A stretch of DNA of 63,838 nucleotides, counting the filler, from Octopus bimaculoides (taxonomy: Eukaryota), in the NCBI RefSeq assembly GCF_001194135.2. It is 3 parts of 3 records of this genome, joined end to end, with 100 filler letters (N's around TTAATTAATTAA, not from the genome) between each part and the next. Parts side by side here need not be neighbours in the genome. Positions count along the whole stretch, not along the records: positions 33,231 to 63,838 come from NC_068990.1; 2 more parts are not named here. One strand, given 5' to 3'. The position numbers were made by a program, and so were the translations under genes. How positions within the stretch are numbered: the stretch's first letter is position 1; each line of letters starts with the position of its first letter. Below the pieces are notes generated by a model that was given only the letters and a program-made list of their open reading frames with translations, did no database searches and was not told the origin of the DNA. Below, piece by piece: positions 50,519 through 61,649 of the stretch.

Positions 50519-51625
50519 GTCATCATCATCGTTTAACGTACACCTTCCATGCTAGCATGGGTTAGATGATTTGACTGAGGACTGGCAAACCAGATGGCTA
50601 CACCAGACTCCAATCTGATTTGGCAGACTTTCTACAGCTGGATGCCTTTCCTAATGCCAACCACTCTGAGAGTGTAGTGGGTGCTTTTATGTGCTACCGG
50701 CACGAAGGCCAGTCAGGTGGTACTGGCAACGGCCATGCTCAAAATGGTGTATTTTACATGCCACCTGCACAGGAGTCAGCCCAGCAGCACTGGCACCGAC
50801 CTCGCTTGAATGTCTTTTCACGTGCCACCGACACAAGTGCCAGTAAGGAGACACTGGTAACGATCACGCTCAAATGGTGCTATTTACGTGCCACTGGCAT
50901 GGAAGCCAGACAGCTGCTTTGGCAACAATCACGCTCGGACGGTGCTCTTAGCGCTCCACTGGTACAAGTGCCATCATGATTTCAATTTCACTTGCCCCAA
51001 CAGGTTTTTGCAAGCGGAGTTTAGTGTCCAATGAAGGAAAGGTAGACATAAATGGGCTGGCTACACCCCTGGCAGAGGCCTCGGATTATGATCCCATTTG
51101 GCTTGCTGGGTCTTCTCATGCACAGCATATTTTCAAAGGTCTCGGTCACAAGTCATTGCCTCGGTGAGGCCTCATGTTCGAAGGTCGTGCTTCACCACCT
51201 CATCCCAGGTCTTCCTGGGTCTACCTCTTCCACAAGTTCCCTCAACCGCTAGGGTGTGGCACTTTTTCACACAGCTATCCTTATCCATTCTCGCCACATG
51301 ACCATACCAGCGCAATCGTCTCTCTTGCACACCACAACTGATGCTTCTTAGGTTCAACTTTTCTCTCAAGGTACTTACACTCTGTTGAGTATGCACACTG
51401 ACATTACACATCCATCAGAGCATACTGGCTTCATTCCTTGTGAGCTTACGCATGTCCTCAGCAGTCACGGCCCATGTTTCACTGCCATGTAGCATGGCTG
51501 TTCGTACACATGCATCATACAGTCTGCCTTTTACTCTGAGTGAGAGGCCCTTTGTCACCAGCAGAGGTAAGAGCTCTCTGGACTTTGCCCAGGCTATTCT
51601 TATTCTAGCAGCTACACTTTCAGCG
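50519..51625 (-). mobile_element. 5'-truncated RTE-clade LINE (ORF C-terminus plus 3' UTR)
   Basis: RRLRWYGHVARMDKDSCVKKC...GRGRPRKTWDEVVKHDL, with an (ATC)n tail on + at 50520. Confidence 0.9.
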
Positions 51626-52329
51626 CACTCTCATCAATGTAAAACATAACCAAAACTATTGAAACTGTTAAAACTAGACTGGTATCCAGTGGCTTTGTAA
51701 CTCTTAATATCAGCTGTGGTTTAATGTCATTGTTTTTACCAATTCCTGTGTAAGTTTAAGACCTCAAGTCATACACAGCCTCCATTTAACAACAACAAGG
51801 AAGGAAGCCACCAGTCTGTAACCAGATCTTTTGTTAATTTTCATTCTCTCCTTCCTCTTAAACATCTAATTACTGTAACTCTCTCATTCCTGAGGAATTG
51901 TTTTGTTGTTTTTTTTATAGCAGCAATTTTAAAAGAAATTAAAGATAGGCTTTTGTGATTTATTATCTAATGGAAGATATAACAAGAGATTTTAGTTCCC
52001 ATTTCTAATGCTTCTCACCTATCAGCAATTTTCTCAATGCATATTCCAAAAGTAGGTTCAGAGAACTATGTAAAAATCAATTTGTTGCAGAGCTATACAA
52101 TCCATCATGTCAGTCAATCCATCAAACCAAATTTACTCCAAAAATAAGTCTGTCAGAAACAAAAGGAAATGAAATGATTAACAACTCGTTAATTAGTCTG
52201 CAGAACAAATGGTGAAAGCCCTGATTACCTTGGATGCTAATCTAGTTATAATATATTATAATATATATATTATTATAAAGCTGCCAAGAATACATTCATA
52301 TCATATGTGTGTGTGCACATGAATGTGTA

Positions 52330-52522
52330 TGCGGCTGTATGGTAAGAAGCTTGCTTCCCAACCACATGGTTCTGAGTTCAGTCTTACTGCATGGCACCTT
52401 GGGCAAATGTCTTCTACTATAGCTTTGGGCCAACCAAAATTTTGTGAATGGATTTGGTAGACAAAAACTGAAAGAAGACTGTTGTGTGTGTGTGTGTGTG
52501 TGAGTGTGTGTGTATATATACG

Positions 52523-52570
<48 letters not shown>

Positions 52571-52614
52571 CATATATACATATATGTATATATACATATA
52601 TGAATGTATATATA

Positions 52615-52645
<31 letters not shown>

Positions 52646-52900
52646 GTATTATATGTGTGTGTGTGTGTGTGTGTATGTGTGTATATATGTGTGTGTATGT
52701 ATGTATGTATGTGTTGTGTCTGTCTGTTCCTCCATCACTGCTTGACAACTGGTTTTAGTGTGTTTACGTCTCGGTAACTCAGCGGCTCAGCAAAAGATAC
52801 CGACAGAATAAGTACTAGGCTATAAAAAATAACTCCTGGGTCAATTTGTTTGACTAAAACCCTTCATGGTGATGCTCCAGCATGGTCACAGTCAGATGAT
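52330..52900 (+). mobile_element. SINE family A with expanded internal microsatellite (about 230 bp)
   Basis: Head and tail match 3120-3544; CpGs are largely decayed. Confidence 0.85.
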
Positions 52901-54292
52901 GAAAGGTTATTGCGAGACAGAGAGGCAGAAACAGGTGTCTTACTGTAGAGGAGGTACAAGGTTACCTAGTTGGAGAGAGAGAGATCAAGAATGAAGATAG
53001 AAACAAGTGCGCTGCCACAAAGGAAATACATCGTTACCCAAAGCAATGATACAGGGCCGTGAGGACAGGATTGGGGAGTAAAATGTGGACATAGTGTATG
53101 AAGGAGGAAATGTGAGAGGGAGTAGAGATGTAGATTGGTTTGTTGGGGTAGAGTGTGTGAAAAGTTTTCTTGTTACGTGTGGGTGGAACACACAGGTCAG
53201 GAGCTAGCAGATAGCAATGATACAGTGGGACAGGGCCAAGGAGGCAGGATTGGGGAGTGGGAGGGAAGCATAGTGCATAAAGTGGAAATGTGAGGAAGAG
53301 ATGTAGAGATGTAGTTTGGTTTGGTTTGTTGTGGTAGAGTGTGTGAGAAGTTTTCTTGTTAAGTGTGGGTGGGACACCCAGCGCTTCTAGAACTCAGTTT
53401 CACTAATGTGGGTGGATCTTCTCAAGAACCTCATATCACCAGACATCTCCATTCATTGTCATTTCTTCTGGGAGGCCCAACATCCTGAGATCGATCTTTA
53501 CCACCTACAACGACTTTGGTCTTTGCTAGGTTAACTTTATGTTGTTTGTCTTGTTTTCCATTCGTGTCTTTCATTGTTCAAAAAAATAATACATATTCCA
53601 TGTACTCGTACTTCATATTTTTTTGTTGTACACATTTTGTGACGTCCAGGGCCAACATATGCATATATATACGCATAGATGAAAGTATGTACATATACGT
53701 ATGTATATATGCATATATATATATATATACATATATATATATTCTTTATATTAGTACGATTGAATGCCATGCATCCTCTTCCAATTAACTTTAAGGCCCT
53801 TTGATTCCAGGTTTTGTTTCCATACCTCGAATTTCCTCTTCAATTCTGCAATAAGAGCAAGCTCATCAGCATATAACAGTTCCCATGGGCATCCAGTTTT
53901 GAATCTCTGTTATGGCCTGGAGGACTATACTGAATACAAGTAGGCTGAACACTGAGCCTTGGTGAAACCCTACTTGTATGCTAAATTCATCACTATATTC
54001 ATAGCCGACTCTCACATTACTAACAGCACCACTGTACATGGGTTGTACAGCTCTAACAAACCACTCCTCTACTCCTAATTTCCTTAGAGACCACCATATA
54101 ACAGAGCAGGGAACTCTGTCGAAAGTTTTCTCCAGGTCAACAAAGGCTAAGTACAATGGTTTACTTTTGGTCAAGAACTTTTCCTGCAGCTGTCTCACTA
54201 GGAAGATGACATCTGTGATACTCTTCCCAGGTACAAAACCAAACTGCATCTCATCTAGTTTAATTCTATTTCTAATCAATTAAGCTACAGGC
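52900..54292 (-). mobile_element. Second RTE subfamily, fragmented: RT core (53770-54292), ORF end (53390-53520) and 3' UTR with a duplication of about 170 bp
   Basis: MQFGFVPGKSITDVIFLVRQLQEK...LYLAFVDLEKTFDRVP and VVKIDLRMLGL. Confidence 0.8.
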
Positions 54293-54509
54293 TACAAATT
54301 CCTCTGTGATCGCCTGGAGGACTATGATAAATAGGAGGGGGCTGAGGACGGAACTTTGGTGGACCCCTACCTCTACCCGGAATTCATTACTGTACTCATT
54401 TCCAACCCTCACCTTACTGACAGCATCTCTGTACATGGCTCGCACAGCTCTCTCTAACCATTCTTCTATCCCAAGTTTCCTCATTGACCACCAGATAAGG
54501 GATCGGGGG
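54293..54509 (-). mobile_element. RTE RT fragment (younger subfamily) abutting an N gap
   Basis: PRSLIWWSMRKLGIEEWL...GVHQSSVLSPLLFIIVLQAITEEF. Confidence 0.85.
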
Positions 54510-55633
54510 NNNNNNNNNNNNNNNNNNNNNNNNNNNNNNNNNNNNNNNNNNNNNNNNNNNNNNNNNNNNNNNNNNNNNNNNNNNNNNNNNNNNNNNNNNN
54601 NNNNNNNNNNNNNNNNNNNNNNNNNNNNNNNNNNNNNNNNNNNNNNNNNNNNNNNNNNNNNNNNNNNNNNNNNNNNNNNNNNNNNNNNNNNNNNNNNNNN
54701 NNNNNNNNNNNNNNNNNNNNNNNNNNNNNNNNTATATATATATATATATATATGTATATCATATTTCAAACATTGTTTCAGACATAATAGAATAACCACA
54801 AAGCCAGAAACACCACAATGCTTCCTAGAGGCTGGAGTTACTGAAAATAACTTCACTATTTCATAGTTAATGAGCCAGAAGTAAGAAAAGCATTCAGCTT
54901 GATTTTGTTTTTTTAAATTGTGTCTGCATAAAAACATGCATATATAAAATACTTTAAAAAATTTACCTGAATAAAACTTTGGTCATTCACTTGGGACATA
55001 TTTTTATGCTTGATTTTAGCAAGCAATTGTAAACTTGATAACAGCTGAATGAACATTTGCCTTTTTTAATCACTTTATGCCTCCAGTATAAAAAAAAAAT
55101 GTTCCACCGATAACCATGGCTATAAGGTTACAATATTCACATCACAATCATATGTTTGCAACACCTTGGGTAAGTGTCTTGTATTCTTGTTCCAGACCAA
55201 CCAATACCTTGTAGGTGAGTTTGGTTGGTTAGAAACTGTATGAAAGCCCATCACGCATCTAGAATCAAAACACTCCCAATCAACACTGTTGCATTTTTTA
55301 AATTTTTGACACACTTCCACACACAAAGTTCATTTTAAAAGACATTAGTGTATAATTTGAGGGAAATTTGGCTGCTGTTTCTAGTATGTTGAGTGATCTC
55401 CTAGAAGCATGTTTGTGTAACAACCCTTTGGTTGAAATTGACAAAAATGAGTACTAGGATGGATATTACTGAATAAAACACTTAAAGGCAGTGCTCCAGC
55501 ATGACCACAATTTTAATGGCTAGTTTGAACACTCACAACAACTTCTCTCTCTTCCTTACCTAATTTTGCATAATCTCAAGAAGCATCAAATTTCAGCTGG
55601 TCTATGAAGGGGTGTGTGTGTGTGTGTGTGTGT

Positions 55634-56520
55634 GTATCATCATTATCATGATGCAGGCATGGATTGGATGGTTTGACTGGGCTGGTATGCTGGAAGGCTG
55701 CACCAGGCTCCAGTCTGATTTGGGATGGTTTTCTATGGCTGAATGCCCTTCCTAATGCCAACTACTTTCAGAGTGTAATGGGTGCTTTTACATGCCACCA
55801 GCACGCATGCCATTTGCATGACACAGGCTGCGCTTACATGCCACTGGCATGGGTGCCAATTTGCGTGACACTGGTATCTACTACTATGATTGCAATTTTG
55901 TTTGGCTTGTTGAGTCTTCTCAAGTACAACATAATGACAAAGGTCTTGGTCATTGCCTCCGTGAGACCCAACACTCAAAAGGAACTCAGGCACTTTGCCT
56001 CCATCAGGCCCAACATTCAAAAGATGTTCTTTATGTGCCACCAGCACGGGTGCACTTGGCTTGATGGGTCCTCTCAAGCACAGCACATTACCAAAGATCT
56101 TGGTCACCAGTCATTGCCTCTGTGAGGCTCAAAGTTCGAAGATCATGCTTCACTATCTTGTCCCATATCTTCATGGGTCTACCTCTACAACAGGTTCCCT
56201 CCAGTTAGAGATCGGCACTTCTTTACACAGCTGTACTTGTCCATACGTATCACATGACCATACCAGCACAGTTGTCTCTCTTGCACACCACATCTGATTC
56301 CTCTTATATCTAACTTTTCTCTCAAGATGCTTACACTTTGTCGAACATGCACACTGACACTGCACATCCAGCAAAGCATACTGGCTTCATTTCTTTCAAG
56401 CCTACGCATGTCTTCGGCTATCATAGCCCATGTTTCACTGCCATGCAGCATAGCTGTTCGCACACAGGCATCAAGCAATCTGCCTTTCACTCTGAGAGAG
56501 AGGCCCTTTGTTGCCAGTAG
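55634..56520 (-). mobile_element. RTE-clade LINE 3' portion
   Basis: KGRLLDACVRTAMLHGSETWA...CWYGHVIRMD plus 3' UTR; same family as 50519-51625. Confidence 0.88.
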
Positions 56521-57409
56521 NNNNNNNNNNNNNNNNNNNNNNNNNNNNNNNNNNNNNNNNNNNNNNNNNNNNNNNNNNNNNNNNNNNNNNNNNNNNNNNN
56601 NNNNNNNNNNNNNNNNNNNNNNNNNNNNNNNNNNNTATATATATATGTTTATAGATCTGAACAATGGAGAGGTAATACTCTGTTTGTCTGCCAAGATCGT
56701 TTTTATTATTCTCTATTTGTTACATATGACATTTGAGAATTTTTTATCATATTAAAACTCAAAACTGACAATATGTTAAAAGTTTGAAAAAAAAAAAAAA
56801 AGATTGTCCACAAAACAAAAGCTGTCTGAGTAATCAATCCATTTTAATATAGTCATATGATTAATTGGTCAACACAAGCAAAATGATAGGGAAGCTTTGG
56901 CAAGCAACAGCAGAAATAGGAAATGAGTTAAACAGAAGAATATGGACGATGATAGTCATGTGATTACACATTTACAAATATAGTTGTTTGGATAGTATTT
57001 AGTTGAAGTAATCAGATAAATTAGTAATTATGAAACATGAGTCAATACAGCAACAGATAGATCTAAAAATGGTGACTCACCATTGTCACAGAACATTTCA
57101 AAGAATCAAATGAGTTTCCTCCTCCTTTCCTGTTGTTTTGGCATCACAAAAATAGTTTCATTACATCATTTTGGCAAAAAACTCAAATACACTGTATGTC
57201 TTGGACAATTCTTAATACAAAAGATGTTTTGCTTCATTTCAAAGTTCTCTTTTCCAAGTTTGCATGGATTGGACAGAATTTATCAAAGATTTTCTACAGC
57301 TGGATGCCCTTACTATCACCAGTCCTCATCTGTTTCCAAATAAAGCAACATTTTTTCCTGACCAGACATATTTTCACAGAAGATTGGAAACAAAGGAGAC
57401 AATAATACA

Positions 57410-57580
57410 CTCACAAACACACACACATGCAACAAGCTTCTTTCAGTTTTCATTAAACAAATCTTCTCACAAGGCTTTGGTCAGCTCAGGGCTATAATAG
57501 AAAACACTTGCTCAACGTGCCCCACAGTTTGATTGAATCCAAAACCATGTGCTTGGAAATGAAACTTCTTAACCATACAG
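57410..57580 (-). mobile_element. SINE family A, diverged
   Basis: ctcacaaggctttggtcagctcagggctataatagaaaacacttgc core. Confidence 0.7.
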
Positions 57581-58023
57581 TTGAAAATGGTTATCAAGTT
57601 CATTACTTGCTAATATCTTTTTTTCTTGACAGAGGGAGACAGTGAAGTTGAATATGAAGTGCAGTGATCGTATCCTTATATTCTAGAACAAAATCTTTTA
57701 ATCAGGGCTGAACAATCAATAAACAAATTCTTCAACTCCATCTGACTTAAAATTAATGTTCCACTAAGTATTCTATAAGTAGACCAAACATATAGTTCTA
57801 ATATTGATTGAAAGTACACAACATACATGACCAATGTGAAGCATAAGAGTACTTTTTACCATCCTGATCAGTAAAGTTTGGGTTTGAAGACCATAGTTAT
57901 ACTGTTGTAGATTTTTTAAAAACTAGTTATTAAAGAAGTTGCTAACTTAAGAGAAAACTTAGAATAAGAGGCTGTTTTACAAAAAGGGTATAAAGTAAAA
58001 AAAAAAATCAGGAACATCTTTGT

Positions 58024-58251
58024 TTAACCCTTTAGCATTTAAACCAGCCATATCCAGCCAAAATATTCTACCTGTTTTATATTCAAACCAGCTAGATCTG
58101 GCCTCTCATACAAATCCTACAACATCATTCTAAAAATAAATAGCTACCTCACCAAAATCCCAAAGCTACAAGATAATGCATGATTAATTCAAAACAATGT
58201 GAATGAATAAGCATTACATTCGACTAAGTTATCTGAATGTTAAAGGGTTAA
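58024..58251. mobile_element. piggyBac-type MITE, complete, TTAA TSDs
   Basis: TTAA-ccctttagcatt ... aatgttaaaggg-TTAA. Confidence 0.9.
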
Positions 58252-59610
58252 AACATCTAAAGTAGATTGAAATTAGAACTAAAAGACTAAACATATTAAA
58301 TCAACTAAACAAACGACCATTTTAAAAGAAATAAAACTCAGATACCCTAAAGAAACCATATTTTTTGAGATTAAAGCCTTGTTGGAATATTAAAGTGAAG
58401 TTAATGTAACATGGAATATTACATTAAATACAAAGGGTGAAAGGTAAAGTTGACATTGGCTAGGATTGATATCAGAATACAAGAAGTTGAAATATAAAAT
58501 TGCAAGCTTGTTATCTTTAGATCCCCCTTAGCCTTTTAAAAACTGAAAGTAACTGTTTAAATCTCCTGGGATTATAGTCTTTAGTTGTTCCACTTTCCTC
58601 TGAACAAGTTAGTCCTATGAACAAAGTTTGAAACATAAACACTAATGAAAAAAAGTACAGAATTAAACACTACCATTTAGAATAAATACTAAGCCACCAA
58701 CATCATCACATTTAATGCCCATTTTAGATGCTGTTTTCTAATAAGAGAAAGACTCAGAATCATGGAGCAGATTCTATTATGTTGGCATAAGGCCATAAAT
58801 TTACAACAGGATATAGGCTGAGTGAATCAATCCCAGCATATGGTTGTTACTTATTTTATTTGAACCTATATGATTGGGTCTTCTTTTGTCAATTATCAGA
58901 AACAAATACTGTAAAGTACTTTGTCTGCTACCCTGACATCTTTGTCATTCCAACAACAAATGTATAAAAAGAGAAAATGACTAGAAATTACAAGTTCCAA
59001 TAGTTGAATACATCAGTGATAGTAAATACTTTTGTACAGGTTTGTAATGCATTATGGAAGAGCAGTGAAAATGCACGACTGATAAACAAAAGTTTTTGTA
59101 GAGAAGACCTTTGAAAATTAGCAATAACTATGGATATGAAGGAGGAGAAAGACTGGTGGAAATAAACTGTTACGCAGACTTCAGTCAACTCACTGCAATT
59201 TAGAAATTCCAACATCCCTGAATTTGGTGCTCTTTCTACTCGTTTGCTTTCCAACCACATAGGTTTTGGCATCTTAGGCAAGTGTCTTCTACAAATCTCA
59301 GGGCTGACCAAGCCATGTATGTGAAATTGGTAGAGGGAAACTGAAAGAAGCTCATCATGTATATATACAATACACACACACACTTGTGTGTCAGGGGCAA
59401 AGGGTGACTAAGAAACAAGGGCATGCAGTCCACCACCCCATCCACTGAGGTTGGGAAGGAGATTTCTGAGTGTTCCACCCTCTCCCATTTTCCATGAAAA
59501 GTGTAGTATTATATGCTTTGAAGTATGGGGAGTCTGAAAATGAAAATAGTCCCTCCCCTACGATGCACCATTTTGAAGCAAATTGAAATGATATTGAAAA
59601 TGAAGCTTTG

Positions 59611-60331
59611 GGGTTTTTTTTCTGATGAAAAAAAACTTTGACCAGGATCAAAAGTCTAACAGAAGAAATGACAGGTGATTATGTGCAGATCCTTCTGAAG
59701 TACCCAGAGTGATGCACATGAAATTTCCAGCAACTGTGAAGGTTTTAGGAAAGGTGAGTAGTGAAGGTCATGTGATGCCTTCCCACTTTTTTCCACAGGG
59801 TCTTAGAATTAATGCTGCTGGATACGTTAAGTTACTGGAAACTGTTACCAAGCCCTGGATTGATGAAGTATGTAATGGAAGGCCATGTGTGTTTCAACAA
59901 GACTCACCGCCTTCCCACGAAGCTCTAGTCACTCAAGAATGGTTGTCAGACAATCTTTACGATTATGTAATGCTCAATATGTGGCCTCCAAACTCGCTAG
60001 ATTTGAACCCCATGGACTACTACGTGTGGAGTACTGTTGAAAGGGAGACTAATTGTCATCCTCATAATACCACAGCTTCGCTGAAGACCGCCATTGTCCA
60101 GGTGATGTCCAAAATGAATAAGGACCATATAGTGTCAGCATGCCAGCGGTTTTGGTCCTGCACTGAAGGAGTCATCGAAGCCGAAGGTGGTTTCATAGAA
60201 TAATTTGCTTAAAAAGATCATTATCAAGACTAATTGCACAAATGTTTATTCAAATACATATTTATTTATGTTGAAATATAGTTGTTTTATTGCATACCAA
60301 AATTGTCCTCAAATACCCCTCGCACCCTGTA
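59611..60331 (+). mobile_element. 5'-truncated maT (DD37D) Tc1/mariner-superfamily transposon
   Basis: FSDEK (first D, separated by a stop), FQQDS...WPPNSLDLNPMDY with 37 residues between the second and third D; right TIR ending gcaccctgTA at 60331. Confidence 0.88.
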
Positions 60332-60342
60332 CATATATATAT

Positions 60343-60474
60343 AGGAGTGGCTGTGTGGTAAGTAGCTTGCTTACCAACCACATGGTTCCAGGTTCAGTCC
60401 CACTGCGTGGCACCTTGGGCAAGTGTCTTCTTGTGAGTGGATTTGGTCGACGGAAACTGAAAGAAGCCTGTCGT

Positions 60475-60536
<62 letters not shown>

Positions 60537-61062
60537 NNNNNNNNNNNNNNNNNNNNNNNNNNNNNNNNNNNNNNNNNNNNNNNNNNNNNNNNNNNNNNNN
60601 NNNNNNNNNNNNNNNNNNNNNNNNNNNNNNNNNNNNNNNNNNNNNNNNNNNNNNNNNNNNNNNNNNNNNNNNNNNNNNNNNNNNNNNNNNNNNNNNNNNN
60701 NNNNNNNNNNNNNNNNNNNNNNNNNNNNNNNNNNNNNNNNNNNNNNNNNNNNNNNNNNNNNNNNNNNNNNNNNNNNNNNNNNNNNNNNNNNNNNNNNNNN
60801 NNNNNNNNNNNNNNNNNNNNNNNNNNNNNNNNNNNNNNNNNNNNNNNNNNNNNNNNNNNNNNNNNNNNNNNNNNNNNNNNNNCCACATCGCTTGACAACC
60901 GATGCCGGTGTGTTTACGTCTCAGTAACCTAGCGGTTCAGCAAAACAGACCGATAGAATAAGTACTAGGCTTACAAAGAATAAGTCCTGGGGTTGATTTG
61001 TTCGACTAAAGGCGGTGCTCCAGCATGGCCGCAGTCAAATGACTGAAACAAGTAAAAGAGTA
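60343..61062 (+). mobile_element. SINE family A spanning an N gap at its internal microsatellite
   Basis: Head at 60343 and tail ...gactgaaacaagtaaaagagta at 61062. Another partial copy lies at 59235-59375. Confidence 0.88.
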
Positions 61063-61649
61063 TATATATATATATATATACATACACACACACACATACA
61101 TACATATATTAAAAATAAAAGTAAATATGACTACAATGAATGTAGTGAAATTATCAATAATCAATTACATATTACACAAAAATTATTTATCATGCAAAAA
61201 TAGTAAGCCATGCAGTGCATGTATTGCATACATAGACCCTTTGCCCTTGATGTGTGTATGAAAAAGTGGATGTTAAAACTATGATGATGACTAATATGTT
61301 CAAACATATTAAGTAATAAACTGTTCTCAATTCATAAGCTCAAATGTCCACAAAATCTATAAACACATGTCAATGTTGCTATTATTATAATTATTACCAT
61401 CTACATAATTTATTGAGATGTAAAAGATCCTGTTTTCTAATTGATTAGCACAATGATGTAATCTAGACACAAGGTAAAATGGTTTGATTGACTAAATATA
61501 AAAACTGAAAGCAGCCAAACGCACACACATACAAAAGCAAGTAAAATATTACTGAAGTTATCAGTAATTTATTATCTGATGGAAATGTCAACAACCAGGT
61601 ATTATACAATAAAATCAATGACTGAGAAAACAAAAACAAAAAACAAACA

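Larger units (their letters stand above)
34205..57901 (-). other. Putative minus-strand multi-exon gene of unknown product (candidate exons only)
   Basis: AG/GT-bounded open segments at 57860-57901, 57081-57129, 54967-55044, 52019-52065, 50133-50233, 47891-47964 (or 47984), 42187-42238, 41888-41962, 38938-38981, 38788-38804 and 34205-34265. From 57081-57129 (or alternatively 57860-57901) onward they can be chained in phase. The region is CpG-depleted and T-rich on the minus strand. No family was recognised, and some candidates may be chance. Confidence 0.4.

Noticed and set aside
57633-57667. Plus-strand terminal exon (GDSEVEYEVQ*) after a strong ctttttttcttgacag acceptor
   Set aside because: No chain of upstream plus-strand exons was found, and strand asymmetry in this region favours minus-strand transcription.
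41888-57901. Resemblance of some minus-strand exon peptides (LEYALR, N.D...E.LRW.P, GLQTQTLLIRM) to TMEM82-family motifs recalled from memory
   Set aside because: The motifs need different reading frames and occur in an order inconsistent with one protein. Unverified, so no symbol was assigned.
58990-59230. Coding-like stretch (VCNALWKSSENARL...DWWK)
   Set aside because: Multiple stops and frameshifts with no diagnostic motif; probably a decayed TE that cannot be assigned.
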